64,000 bases of DNA from a virus, in IMG/VR virus record IMGVR_UViG_3300043774_000656, positions 32,001-96,000 of that record; one strand, 5' to 3'. The position numbers and the translations under genes were made by a program. Each line of letters starts with the position of its first letter. Position 1 is the first letter of the stretch. This document shows, piece after piece, positions 11,119-21,420 of the stretch. The notes beneath the pieces are model-generated. The model did no database searches and was not told where the DNA came from. It saw only the letters and a list, made by a program, of their open reading frames with translations.

Positions 11119-12424
11119 TTATACCTGGGATTATTTTCTCAAATTTAACTACTTCAGTGCCATCAAATTTAGATAGATCTGTAATCTTACCTTCTCTGAA
11201 GATACCGTTAATCATAGTACCGTTCATAACACCATTATTACCACAGAAGTATGAATCATTCAAGGTTACACTTCTGTTGACATATGAATCTTTAAGCTTA
11301 CAGTTAGTAGCTTCACATCCGTCAAATAGGTTAGACTCATATATTTCTGTTCCTGTAAGTTCTGATGCAAACACATCGCACTTATTTAGAATACCTCTAA
11401 CCTTTGTACAGTCCACGATATCAACCTCTTCTAGCTTAAATGAACCACTTAGATCTGCATCCTTGATCTGTATCTTACCAGTGTTGGAGTCATAGTTAAT
11501 TATACCTGAAGCCATTGCGCCTTCAGTAAGTATATCAAATATCTTATCTCTGATCTTAGACCAGAATGATTTAATGTTTCTGTCATCGGTGTCTAAATTA
11601 ACCAGCAATCCAATCTTTGGGAAATTTTCTTTAAATTTCTCAAATGATCTATAGGCTTCTAGAATGTTCTGATGTTTTTCAAGTATCTTCTTGAGTTTCT
11701 TTTTATCATCCTGTGTAAATACTGGATTGGCTGCAGTCTTATAGAGTGATTCTATGAATTGATCCTGTGTAGCTAAAAGCTTATCAGTCTTCTTTTCATA
11801 ACCATCACCGCCTAGATATCTAAATTCAAGATAGTTCTTTTCAAGCTTGAGGAAGTTTACACCATAATACTTTTCGGTAGGAAATATAAAATCAGACTGA
11901 CTAACATTCTTAGCAGTATCATAGCTAAGTTTATCTACAGGTACTACAAACTTTATAGACTTGGCATATACAGAATCTTTACGATCAGGATAATCTTTAA
12001 AGATCTTATCTTCGTCAAAATCCAAAATGAATTTAAGCCTGTTTAATCTAACTAAAAAACTAGAACCTAGCTTCTCGTCATTAAATGATATATTGAAGTG
12101 TAGACCACATCTGCTATTAGTATAACCGTTCTCTTTTATCCATTTAAGAACTTTGATTAAAGTAATTCTGGCTTCCTGATATGGTTGTGATGCTGTTACT
12201 AATTCAATAAGCTTCTTACCGCCTGAATAATCCTTCTCTATCTTATAATGATCAGGTGTTACTTTAAAATCACTATGTGACTCATCAAACACGCTTATCT
12301 TTTTACCTAAATATCTGGCCAGCATTTCAGCTGTTTCCTCGGTCTTATAATTAGAATAGAACTCAAATTCATAACCAATCTTAGAGTTCATCAAGACATT
12401 TATTGTCTGCTCATTTAACAACAT
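11105..12424 (-). CDS. putative amidoligase (COOH-NH2 ligase, Amidoligase_2-like) with C-terminal beta-helix-like repeats
   Basis: IGYEFEF, KDYS, ELVT, TNSRCGLHFNIS, KYYGVN, LEFR motifs. Confidence 0.75.
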   Translation of the reverse strand: MLLNEQTINVLMNSKIGYEFEFYSNYKTEETAEMLARYLGKKISVFDESHSDFKVTPDHYKIEKDYSGGKKLIELVTASQPYQEARITLIKVLKWIKENGYTNSRCGLHFNISFNDEKLGSSFLVRLNRLKFILDFDEDKIFKDYPDRKDSVYAKSIKFVVPVDKLSYDTAKNVSQSDFIFPTEKYYGVNFLKLEKNYLEFRYLGGDGYEKKTDKLLATQDQFIESLYKTAANPVFTQDDKKKLKKILEKHQNILEAYRSFEKFKENFPKIGLLVNLDTDDRNIKSFWSKIRDKIFDILTEGAMASGIINYDSNTGKIQIKDADLSGSFKLEEVDIVDCTKVRGILNKCDVFASELTGTEIYESNLFDGCEATNCKLKDSYVNRSVTLNDSYFCGNNGVMNGTMINGIFREGKITDLSKFDGTEVVKFEKIIPGINAKY

Positions 12425-12443
12425 AGTGAAGCCAGTATTTTGA

Positions 12444-12451
12444 GTATATAT
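12444..12451 (-). promoter_or_regulatory. putative late promoter ATATATAC
   Basis: recurrent motif just upstream of amidoligase. Confidence 0.5.
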
Positions 12452-12458
12452 TTAAGAC

Positions 12459-12485
12459 AAAAAGAAAGGGGCTTGATGCCCCTTT
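12459..12485 (-). terminator. rho-independent terminator after S1 gene
   Basis: AAAGGGGC-ATCAA-GCCCCTTT hairpin followed by T-tract on minus strand. Confidence 0.75.
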
Positions 12486-12487
12486 AA

Positions 12488-13639
12488 TTATTTTTGCGTA
12501 TCTGCAGCTAAGCTCAAGAATACCTTCTTATTGACTTTGTCAAGCTTGTTTATCCTTACTCCTACTGTATCACCTTCTTTGAATTTACCTTTTAATTCAC
12601 TTACGTGGATTAGACCGGAAATACCTGGTGAAAGTTCAACAAACGCACCATACTCTTTAATGCTTGTAATTCTACCAACAACTACCGATGATGGCTTATA
12701 AACCTCTTCAGCTTTCTCCCAAGGGCTTTCTTTATAAAACTGGGTAAGAATGATCTTGAAGTTGGTAATAATTTCCTTTACATAGAACTCGAGTGTATCA
12801 CCTGGTTTAATTTGACCTGCTTCATGTTTAGCTTTCAGATCATCTGTAAGATCACTGGAGTGTATCATACCTGTAAGACATTCACTAAACTCACAGAATA
12901 CTCCATACTTTGTAGTACCTGTCACGAAGCCTGTTTGTAATTGTGCAGGATTCTCCTTTATCTTCTCTATTGCAGAAGGTATGAGCGAGTGTAAGTATTG
13001 TCTATGTGAAACAACAACTGTACTCTTTTCTTTAGAATAGTTAACAACCATTACAGGTAATTCCTTTCCAAGAAGAACTGTAAAGTCATGTAACTTATTT
13101 AGACCAGCTAAAGATCCTGGCATAAAAGCTTTAATACCGTCAATATCGACCATGTAACCAGCTGAAATCAATTCTTCAACTCTAGCTATATAGGCAACGT
13201 TGTCTTTACCAATTGCATCAATAAGCTCTTTTGTTTTCATTTCATTTACACTATCTGTGAATGATGCTGAAATGAAATCTTTAGTTTTATTCTCTCCGAT
13301 TTTTACAGAAAGTCTAGTACCAACTTTGAAAAGCTCTTTAAATTCTGCAGCTTCTTTTTTCAGGTCCATATAAGCATGTTCACGATATCCTATATCGAAA
13401 ATTGCATCATCTCCTGTAATACTAATAATTTCTGCTTCGACCAGTTGACCTTTTACTGGCTCTCTGTAATTGCTTGATCTCTTTTCATAAAGATCATAGA
13501 GTTCTTGTGCGTCTTCTCCATAATAGAATACTTTATCACCGGCTACGGTTTTAACTTTTCTATTTGGTTTTCTTTTGATTTTAGCCTGTTCTGATTCGAC
13601 TTCAAGCCAAAAACTTTCTTCGGTTTGGAAACCTGACAT
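12488..13639 (-). CDS. rpsA: phage-encoded ribosomal protein S1 homologue (about 4 S1 domains)
   Basis: GIKAFMPGSL, VVVSHRQYL, YGVFCEF..GMIHSSDL, YGAFVELSPGISGLIHVSEL motifs of bS1 domains 2-4; N-terminal D1-like FDIGYR. Confidence 0.88.
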   Translation of the reverse strand: MSGFQTEESFWLEVESEQAKIKRKPNRKVKTVAGDKVFYYGEDAQELYDLYEKRSSNYREPVKGQLVEAEIISITGDDAIFDIGYREHAYMDLKKEAAEFKELFKVGTRLSVKIGENKTKDFISASFTDSVNEMKTKELIDAIGKDNVAYIARVEELISAGYMVDIDGIKAFMPGSLAGLNKLHDFTVLLGKELPVMVVNYSKEKSTVVVSHRQYLHSLIPSAIEKIKENPAQLQTGFVTGTTKYGVFCEFSECLTGMIHSSDLTDDLKAKHEAGQIKPGDTLEFYVKEIITNFKIILTQFYKESPWEKAEEVYKPSSVVVGRITSIKEYGAFVELSPGISGLIHVSELKGKFKEGDTVGVRINKLDKVNKKVFLSLAADTQK

Positions 13640-13685
13640 AAAATAATTTTTAAAGGGTTAAACAATATACTATTATACTATCATA

Positions 13686-13693
13686 GTATATAT
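13686..13693 (-). promoter_or_regulatory. putative late promoter ATATATAC
   Basis: recurrent motif upstream of S1 gene. Confidence 0.5.
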
Positions 13694-13700
13694 CCGTCTG

Positions 13701-14084
13701 TTATACGATTGTAGCAGGTGCAGAAGGGGTTGAAGTTGCTCCACTGCCTGCACCTGAATTGGTAACTACATTAACTACCTGGCCAGGTGGTATAGTTATA
13801 GTAGCAGACTTAATGTATCTGTCTATATTGTTTACAAGTACTGGTGCAAGCTTAACAGCCATTGCTTTACCAAAAACTTCTGAAGCTTTTTCTAGATCTA
13901 CAGTCTTATTACCCTTCCTTGTATTTAGGTTTATAGGTACATCAATGCCAAAACTGGTTTGTACATTGACAACAACGTTGTCTTTAGGATCTAAGGCTCT
14001 ATTGTAAAGAACCATTGCTTCAGCTGCTGATTTAGATATAGCATCAAATAGTGATACGTAAAATGTAAGAGGTACTAATGGCAT
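13701..14084 (-). CDS. hypothetical protein, possibly spike-associated
   Basis: directly downstream of gp5-like gene. Confidence 0.5.
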   Translation of the reverse strand: MPLVPLTFYVSLFDAISKSAAEAMVLYNRALDPKDNVVVNVQTSFGIDVPINLNTRKGNKTVDLEKASEVFGKAMAVKLAPVLVNNIDRYIKSATITIPPGQVVNVVTNSGAGSGATSTPSAPATIV

Positions 14085-14095
14085 AATTTAAGTTT

Positions 14096-14905
14096 TTATA
14101 ATTGTGATGGACCGTCTATTGAAACGGAACTACTTCTTGTTTGAGGTATGGTTGCAGCTTTAATCGGCGCAGCTATTTGTGTTATTACAGGTTGTGCTGC
14201 AGTACCAAGCGCAGTCAGTGCCGCAGATAAAGGTGCTAATGGAAATATAGCACCACATACGGTAGCCTGAGCAGTAGCATACGTCTGTACAGCAATAGCT
14301 AAATTATTTATCTGATCAGCTAAAGCATTAAGTGCATCTACATTTTTATTACCTAACACTGCTGGCTCATCTGATTCATTTTCTTTGCCTATGCTTATAC
14401 TATCCTGTTGTACATGTATTACTTTACCACCGGAGTGTTGTATGAAAACAGTATTATCAGGTCGTATGTTTATTTGACTACCGTTATAATCCAACATTAA
14501 ACCTGTTTCTTCAGTAAAGAAAATCTTAATTGGACCCGGTTGAGCTTCAGTATCGTATATTATAGAATGAGCATTCGTATAAGAACCTTCTATCTCAGCT
14601 TTCAATTCATCTGAGATGTGTTGATGATAAAAGTATTCCGGTTCATACATATCACCATTATCAAAACTAATACCAACAACTGAATCGACCTTAGGCACAG
14701 AATGAAAACCAGAACCAGTTGCTGAACCTCCTGTTACCATGTTTAAAGGTCTAGCCCAAGGTAAGTCTTCGTCTAAGACATCGTCAAATTTACCAAAAAT
14801 TCTAACTTTAATCTTACCCTCAAAATCAGGATCTTGATTATCTATTACTTTACCTAACCAATTCGATGTTTTTAAATCGTCTTGAAATAAATTATTTAAT
14901 GCCAT
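14096..14905 (-). CDS. baseplate central spike, gp5-like (OB-fold N-terminus, no lysozyme domain)
   Basis: WLGKVIDNQDP..GKIKVRIFG..LPWARP..VPKVDSVVGISFDNGD motif of gp5/gpV OB domain. Confidence 0.8.
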   Translation of the reverse strand: MALNNLFQDDLKTSNWLGKVIDNQDPDFEGKIKVRIFGKFDDVLDEDLPWARPLNMVTGGSATGSGFHSVPKVDSVVGISFDNGDMYEPEYFYHQHISDELKAEIEGSYTNAHSIIYDTEAQPGPIKIFFTEETGLMLDYNGSQINIRPDNTVFIQHSGGKVIHVQQDSISIGKENESDEPAVLGNKNVDALNALADQINNLAIAVQTYATAQATVCGAIFPLAPLSAALTALGTAAQPVITQIAAPIKAATIPQTRSSSVSIDGPSQL

Positions 14906-14907
14906 AG

Positions 14908-16161
14908 TTATGATCGATAAATGTTACCTAAAGCACTAGGTGTAGCATCAGCGGCCCTATTGTTTTGTCTATTCTGTGATAATACGTCAGCCTGTTGTCC
15001 TAATGAGAGTAAAGAACCCTGCTGTAATGCACTTAAAGCATTTGATGCAGAAAATCCATATACATTACCTAATAGTAATCTATTAAATCTAGCAGCAAGA
15101 CCTTCTGTAGCATTTCTTGCTAATTGTTCTGCTGTGTTTAGGGCAGCACCTGCTAATGCAGCACCTGCATTTTTAGCCGCAGATTCCATTAAATCTCGAC
15201 GTGCATCAGGATCTTCTGCCAACTGCTTTAATTTCTCAATCATTCCAACACCATCACCTGTTTCAGGTGCTGGAAGATCACCTAGGAATGAATAATTCAT
15301 ACCTGTACCTTCATATCCTGGAGGAAGATTCATTATAGTTGGATTGATATAACTTTCATCAATGCTATCATACGTAAACTCTATTACCTGTGATGCTGGT
15401 TCAGGTGCTACATTAGATACTGAAGCAAAATTACCAAACGACTTATCCGAATCAAATTCACATTTCTTAAGTGTAAACATAATGTTTGCACCAAATTCAT
15501 TTACAACTTTTGCAGTTTCCATTGCAGCTTTTTGTGCAGGTGTTTCAATCGTGGGTAAACTTATAGGTGTAGCACTTGGGTATAGTGATGTAAGTTGATT
15601 AAATGTATTTACAGCAGCATCAAGTGCACCGGCATTTGCCTGTATGTTTCTTATTTCCTGTATGAATATAGTTACCTGGAACTTCCTTAAATTACTTGGG
15701 ATAATCTCTCTTCTAAATTCATAATCAAAGCACGCCTTTCTGTATAAGTCCATTAGAGCAGTTATCCTAAGGTCAATAGATTCAAGTGTAGTAACTTTAA
15801 GTCTAGACTCGTCTCCACCTTTATATGGATCTGAAAGTTTTTTATAGTCCCAAACTTTATCTATACCCTCAACTGTTTGCCAATACCACGGCATCCAATA
15901 ATTAGTGTCCAGTAATAATTCCTGAAACATTTTAAGATATTCAAATCTAGCACTCTGGTTATTTGCCGCTAAATAATTTAAAGCACTGCCTACCTTCAAA
16001 GAGTCTCTTACTAAGAGTGGGCTTTCTTTTGTGTCAAAGTCATTAAATAAAAGTACAAACCCTAAATATGTAGGATCATTATACTTGCCATAATCGGCCT
16101 GTAGTCCCTTTCTGAACCTTTCAATGGTCGATAAATCAAATGTTCTAGTTGCTACTGCCAT
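14908..16161 (-). CDS. putative tail tube initiator/baseplate protein
   Basis: position between gp5-like and gp27-like genes; tube-like beta pattern. Confidence 0.45.
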   Translation of the reverse strand: MAVATRTFDLSTIERFRKGLQADYGKYNDPTYLGFVLLFNDFDTKESPLLVRDSLKVGSALNYLAANNQSARFEYLKMFQELLLDTNYWMPWYWQTVEGIDKVWDYKKLSDPYKGGDESRLKVTTLESIDLRITALMDLYRKACFDYEFRREIIPSNLRKFQVTIFIQEIRNIQANAGALDAAVNTFNQLTSLYPSATPISLPTIETPAQKAAMETAKVVNEFGANIMFTLKKCEFDSDKSFGNFASVSNVAPEPASQVIEFTYDSIDESYINPTIMNLPPGYEGTGMNYSFLGDLPAPETGDGVGMIEKLKQLAEDPDARRDLMESAAKNAGAALAGAALNTAEQLARNATEGLAARFNRLLLGNVYGFSASNALSALQQGSLLSLGQQADVLSQNRQNNRAADATPSALGNIYRS

Positions 16162-16162
16162 G

Positions 16163-17680
16163 TTACGGTGTATTTGGCCACTCTCTTCTAAAGAGGTGCA
16201 TTTTTTGTCTCATTCTACCCTCGACTTCATCATAAGTGATGAATATCCTAGCTATAGTATATATGCCGGTTAATCTTTCATTTACTTTCAAATTAAGATT
16301 ACCGTTTTTAAGATCACCTTCATCACCTTTTTTATCTTTCATTTCTTCACCTCTTTCCTGGTTCAGAACCTCTTTCTGCTCCTGTACAGCAGAGTTTACA
16401 GGGCTCTGCTCATAGATAATAACCGGTAGTAGTTGATATCTATACAATGATAAATTGGTTGTTTCAAGCTCTACTTCTAAATACATTTTTTCAAGCTCAA
16501 CATTGTTCTTATAGTTAAGCATCTGTGCATAGTAATAGTTACGGTGAACATTTTTACCCTGTTTACCTACATACTTATACTTCTGTTGCTCATTATAGAT
16601 TCTTTCACCTTCAGCTGTAAGCTTACCTTTTAATGGAGCCTGATCTGGTGGCAAGTTTTCAGTAGTAAGAGGTTCAACAGTAAATGTTCTATACTCTTTA
16701 TCTACATCATCATAATATTGAATAATTCTTCGATACCCATCATTCAGGGTAATAGTAGCAGCGTTGTTGATTAGTTTATACTTTTCAATATAAAGATTAC
16801 TACCTCGCTTTGCATACTGGTTTGTTAAGTACAACTTAACCTCACTTTGCGTAACAGGCGTATCATTTTCAATGTGATTAGATATACTTGGATCTTGTAT
16901 CAAGCTACTTAAAGTATCTTCTAGTTTTTCATCAAACGTCACCTGTTTATTGACATTAACCAATGTAAGATAATAATATGGATCTATGTATGCTTTAAAA
17001 AAACTATTGTCATCTTTATACGCTGAGTCTAGTGCATCACCTAATAGTTTAAACTTAGTATCAAACGGGCAAAGCCTTTTCATTAAATCATCTGTTCTGT
17101 CTTCATTTGATGCAAAGCCTAATTGCAACTCGTCTGCAAGCGTTATAAAAAAATCATATGAATTTGCTTCTGGATATGTCTTACATGTTTCAGCATATAA
17201 TCCAGGTAATCTTAAAACACCGGTTATGTTAATTGAAACCGTGTCACTACCTCCTCCTTTTTCATCACCTCCGCCTCCACTGTATGCTTCTGAGTTACCA
17301 GCATCTGATGATACTTCGGTTATATCAAAGTCCATTCTAATAGGCTTGTAAAGAGTTTCATCTTTGCTTTTAATGTAAAGCATGACTACATCACCATCTG
17401 ATGGGTATTGACCTTTTGTAAAAGTACCTTTACTGTCTCTTACTGTAGCCTTCATATAAGGAACTATACCATCTAGATTTAGTTCAAAGTCAACTACATC
17501 TTCTTTATTAAAATCAAATCTGTTTATTCTAATTGCAGGATATTGGTCACCTGCAAATTTACTCATCCTATCATATTGCTTATCATATTCTTGACCCTCT
17601 TCTATGTTAGCCATATCAAAACTTTCAAGGCTAATCGTAGGTTCAGTAACTGTTAAAATGTTATTAGATAATGAAGGCAT
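16163..17680 (-). CDS. putative baseplate hub protein (gp27-like)
   Basis: 505 aa, C-terminal LTGIYTIARIFITY..QKMHLFRRE typical of hub proteins; synteny. Confidence 0.55.
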   Translation of the reverse strand: MPSLSNNILTVTEPTISLESFDMANIEEGQEYDKQYDRMSKFAGDQYPAIRINRFDFNKEDVVDFELNLDGIVPYMKATVRDSKGTFTKGQYPSDGDVVMLYIKSKDETLYKPIRMDFDITEVSSDAGNSEAYSGGGGDEKGGGSDTVSINITGVLRLPGLYAETCKTYPEANSYDFFITLADELQLGFASNEDRTDDLMKRLCPFDTKFKLLGDALDSAYKDDNSFFKAYIDPYYYLTLVNVNKQVTFDEKLEDTLSSLIQDPSISNHIENDTPVTQSEVKLYLTNQYAKRGSNLYIEKYKLINNAATITLNDGYRRIIQYYDDVDKEYRTFTVEPLTTENLPPDQAPLKGKLTAEGERIYNEQQKYKYVGKQGKNVHRNYYYAQMLNYKNNVELEKMYLEVELETTNLSLYRYQLLPVIIYEQSPVNSAVQEQKEVLNQERGEEMKDKKGDEGDLKNGNLNLKVNERLTGIYTIARIFITYDEVEGRMRQKMHLFRREWPNTP

Positions 17681-17682
17681 AG

Positions 17683-18222
17683 TTATACTTTTCTAGCGGT
17701 TTCTGGTTTTTTAACTTTTAAATTAGCTCCCAGAAGTATAGCATTTGGTTTAATTTCCTTTGACTTCTGGTCTGACTTTAGCATATTAGGTGGTAGATTC
17801 TCAGTTGAGCCGTTTGGGTTAGCCTTTGATTTTTCTGCAAGAAACTCAAGTCTCTTTTTATCAACAGGTGTAATCCTTTTCTTGTTTTCAAAATTAGTTC
17901 TAGGCTTCAAGTTCTTTTTGATAGGTTTATAACTAGAGAATACTGAACTGAGATCAGGTATCATAAGATTCATACCTTCCTTTATACAGAATGGATTTGA
18001 AATACCATTTGCTTTTAAAATAACATCCACAAACTCAACTGTTCCATAGTAAATAAATGAAATGATATCAGGTCTCATTACCTGATCTGAGTTTACATAA
18101 TGCATTTTAATTATCCTCGCATTCTTCGATATCATGAATGGAGGTACTGCAATGTTAATCTTCATATCACCGGTTAGGTCATCGACCACCTTAGACATAT
18201 TCTGTAATGTTTTAATTCTCAT
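17683..18222 (-). CDS. baseplate wedge protein gp53-like (LysM-like)
   Basis: RPDIISFIYYG..VILKANGISNPF..GMNLMIP motif. Confidence 0.75.
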   Translation of the reverse strand: MRIKTLQNMSKVVDDLTGDMKINIAVPPFMISKNARIIKMHYVNSDQVMRPDIISFIYYGTVEFVDVILKANGISNPFCIKEGMNLMIPDLSSVFSSYKPIKKNLKPRTNFENKKRITPVDKKRLEFLAEKSKANPNGSTENLPPNMLKSDQKSKEIKPNAILLGANLKVKKPETARKV

Positions 18223-18234
18223 AGTACTAGATTT

Positions 18235-20103
18235 TTAAGAGAAGCCAACAGCTTTAGCAAAGTTTGCATATCCTGCTTTCAAATTATCATTGAGCTTAGG
18301 GTACTTACTCACTATCTGTTCTTGGTATACCTCACCTACAGCTCCCTGTATTGTGTCAGGACCTGATAATTGAGCAGCAGCGTTGTGTCCAATATTAGAA
18401 GCATTTCTATTTGTACTACCTGTACCATTTATACTACCTGTCTGTTGAAAACCATTTGCAGCATTAGGTGCAGGTAGTTTATTGTAACCTGTACCGACGT
18501 ATGGTTGTTTACCAGCAACGTTTGTAAAATCTTCTTCACCTTCAGGTACTTGATATAATCTACCTCTACCTGCGTTAAACATCATTTCAAGATCGACTTT
18601 ATCACGATCTCGACCACTCTTTAAAGTTGTTGTTACTGTAAGTTCAGTTGGGAAGTCATCTTTACCTAGAGGTCCACCGAACTTAAATTCAGCATTCGTA
18701 CAAATAAGATTACCTATCATTGCGATTGGATTCAATGGGTTACCTACTGTAAGGTGCCATTGTCCTGTAGCAGATCCTGATAGTAATGCAGCTGCTGCTT
18801 GACCTCCCTGCGGTGTATTAAAGTTTTTCATAATCCAACCTCCAACCATGTCTGAAGCCACTTTACCGACACCTTCAACTGCACTTGCCAGTGTAAAACC
18901 ACCTGAACCGTCTCCGAATACATTGCTTATTATACCACCTAGGTCGCTGATTACACTATTGAAATACTCTCCTAGATTACCACTTCTTAATAGTTCGTGA
19001 TTACCTATAGGTTCACCAAAACCTTGACCACCGCCTCCACCGTAATATCTAGTACCTCCTCCCCAGAATGGAGCCGAATTATATGTAAGTACCAGCATGT
19101 TAGCTAGCACATCAAGCATCGCTATCTTAGGATTGATATTACCATAAGATCTTAATGAATAGTGAAAATTTATCTTAAATTCAGGAGCACAAAAAATACC
19201 ACTGTCTTTAATCATAACTCTTTTAATCACGTATAATGGACCTTCTACGAAGTTAGGATAAGTTGTCTTAACAGGATCATAACCTGCGGCAGGTGTTGGA
19301 TTTACGGCATTGGCTGAAGTATTACCAGTACCTAGTGTTGCAGCACTTGAAAAGAATGATGCTGGACTAAATCCTGTAGTACCTATTCCCATGAAACCAT
19401 TACCACTGACTGAATGTTGGGCAGACTGTAATGCTTGCATTTCAGATTCTACTTCTTTAAATTTCAACTCTGTTTTAAACTGTATAATGTCTTCAAGTTT
19501 ATTACCTGTTGCTTCACTCATCCATGTCACGGCTCTTGCCATGTCCATTTGTCTAGTATCAACAGCTTGACTTGATTTCCAGTCATAGGCAGACGGTGAA
19601 ATAATATCATCAAGTACTGGAGCATGAAATCTTCTCAGGGTAAGCATATAGTTATTAGGTATCTTACCGTGATATTTAGCATATATGAAATCGGCATAAC
19701 TATAAACCATAGCCGTATTATCTGGCAAATCATTAAAATAATTTATAATGTTTGCGGTTGTAGGTACCATAGCGAGCTTAAACTGCTCATCTGTTATAAA
19801 TCTAGATTCGGGATTGTCGCGATAGTCTTCTCCTTTAATAGCGCCACCTGTAAGCGTCTTATATTGTAACAAGACGTATCTGTTAATCATAGAAGCAGGA
19901 GCTAAACCCTGTTCACCGACTTCAGTATCTAGTACCTCAAACTTTTTAATAGGATAACCATTATCGTATTGTGAGTTTAAGAAATCACTAATGTTTTCAG
20001 ACCTATATTGATTATTCAGCTTTGCTTCTAGAACAGTAGCTGCATCATTAGACTGTGATTTAGGGCTTAAACTTGGACCTTTTGCCCCTGTTACTCTTGC
20101 CAA
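18235..20103 (-). CDS. putative baseplate/tail tube cap protein (gp48-like), TTG start
   Basis: HLTVGNPLNPIAMIGNLIC...DDFPTELTV; synteny with gp53. Confidence 0.5.
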   Translation of the reverse strand: MARVTGAKGPSLSPKSQSNDAATVLEAKLNNQYRSENISDFLNSQYDNGYPIKKFEVLDTEVGEQGLAPASMINRYVLLQYKTLTGGAIKGEDYRDNPESRFITDEQFKLAMVPTTANIINYFNDLPDNTAMVYSYADFIYAKYHGKIPNNYMLTLRRFHAPVLDDIISPSAYDWKSSQAVDTRQMDMARAVTWMSEATGNKLEDIIQFKTELKFKEVESEMQALQSAQHSVSGNGFMGIGTTGFSPASFFSSAATLGTGNTSANAVNPTPAAGYDPVKTTYPNFVEGPLYVIKRVMIKDSGIFCAPEFKINFHYSLRSYGNINPKIAMLDVLANMLVLTYNSAPFWGGGTRYYGGGGGQGFGEPIGNHELLRSGNLGEYFNSVISDLGGIISNVFGDGSGGFTLASAVEGVGKVASDMVGGWIMKNFNTPQGGQAAAALLSGSATGQWHLTVGNPLNPIAMIGNLICTNAEFKFGGPLGKDDFPTELTVTTTLKSGRDRDKVDLEMMFNAGRGRLYQVPEGEEDFTNVAGKQPYVGTGYNKLPAPNAANGFQQTGSINGTGSTNRNASNIGHNAAAQLSGPDTIQGAVGEVYQEQIVSKYPKLNDNLKAGYANFAKAVGFS

Positions 20104-20123
20104 TTAAATAAATCTTATTTTTA

Positions 20124-20131
20124 GTATATAT
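20124..20131 (-). promoter_or_regulatory. putative late promoter ATATATAC
   Basis: motif at head of baseplate operon. Confidence 0.55.
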
Positions 20132-20137
20132 TGGGGT

Positions 20138-20701
20138 TTACAGTTTTTCCGTATAATCTAGCCATTGCTTATCATCACCGGCAACTTTATCTCCAATAAA
20201 TCTTCTGAGTCTTATAAAGAACTCGGCATACGTAGGTATTCTATATTTACCCTTATATGAAGTTCTGCTTGCATGTTGCATCACAGAACGTAGTGACTTT
20301 TCAATAACATGATCTTCAACTTTATTGAAAAGGTCAAACATATCCTGTTTATATTGCTGCGTCATTATAGAATCAACAACAACCAGGAACCTTCTTTCTT
20401 TAGGACCGTTCATGTCTCTAAAGAAGTCGTCATGTGTTTTAAGCGGATTGTCTTCTGAGAATTTTAAGCGTCTAGGTTTTGAATTAAAGCTCTGTACGTA
20501 ACTCATCTTTGAAAAATGCATTCTCAGAAAATCAGATGAGTCGTAGAATTTAACAATCTTAATTAGATACTCTGGGTTAATCTCATCATACTTCACATCT
20601 TTAATTACGCCCTTGACAGGTATAAGTATATTAGGATGTGAATGGGATATTAAGAGAGAATAAACCCTTTCACCTTTTACAAAAAGCTTATGATTGAGCA
20701 T
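20138..20701 (-). CDS. hypothetical protein
   Basis: 187-aa ORF in overlapping run. Confidence 0.7.
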   Translation of the reverse strand: MLNHKLFVKGERVYSLLISHSHPNILIPVKGVIKDVKYDEINPEYLIKIVKFYDSSDFLRMHFSKMSYVQSFNSKPRRLKFSEDNPLKTHDDFFRDMNGPKERRFLVVVDSIMTQQYKQDMFDLFNKVEDHVIEKSLRSVMQHASRTSYKGKYRIPTYAEFFIRLRRFIGDKVAGDDKQWLDYTEKL

Positions 20702-21095
20702 ATTCTACTAAAACTACTTCATCAAATCGTGAAACAACTTCTTCTGGTATTTCTACACTATTCTTTTTATGATTGACTATAGTTAACATAAAAACTATTT
20801 CACTTTCATAGACCTCAGAGATCAACGACCTAATAGAGTCTACAGTTTCGCCGTCTAGGTTTTTTAATGCATACAGGATATAATCAGCATCTGTTACCGC
20901 CTTAAAAAGCTTTTTACGGATATATGAATTTATGACAAGCTCACTGGGTTTTATTCCATCTATGTCATTCTTAATAAGTTTAGATATAATGTCATGGTAA
21001 CTTACAACCTCTTCAGCTGAAGAGTTCTTGCAGTACTTCTTAAAGTCTAACTTATTTTTAGCGTAGATACAGTTAATCTTTTTCATTGAGCTCAT
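20688..21095 (-). CDS. hypothetical protein
   Basis: ORF overlapping neighbours. Confidence 0.65.
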   Translation of the reverse strand: MSSMKKINCIYAKNKLDFKKYCKNSSAEEVVSYHDIISKLIKNDIDGIKPSELVINSYIRKKLFKAVTDADYILYALKNLDGETVDSIRSLISEVYESEIVFMLTIVNHKKNSVEIPEEVVSRFDEVVLVEYAQS

Positions 21096-21420
21096 CGACT
21101 TCCTTTTTTAAGGTTTTCAGATATCTTAGTTCGGCACTAAGCACTTTTATTTTATGTTCAAGTTCTTCCTCATCTGGCAGATAACTTTTACCCCAGTCTG
21201 TCTTCATTACCAGGTTTAATTTATCAAATTTATTACCTGTCTCGATGTCAAGTTCTTCGCACAGCTCATACAAGAAGTTTATTTTACTCTTAAACTCTTT
21301 ATCGTTTATAAAGTCATAAACCACTTTCTTTTCATACTTGTCACCCGCCCCATTGATGTTATCATCGACTACAGTCTTGATAACACCATTTGAGGCTACT
21401 TCTAAAATAACTTTAACCAT
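21073..21420 (-). CDS. hypothetical protein
   Basis: ORF coupled to neighbours. Confidence 0.65.
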   Translation of the reverse strand: MVKVILEVASNGVIKTVVDDNINGAGDKYEKKVVYDFINDKEFKSKINFLYELCEELDIETGNKFDKLNLVMKTDWGKSYLPDEEELEHKIKVLSAELRYLKTLKKEVDELNEKD

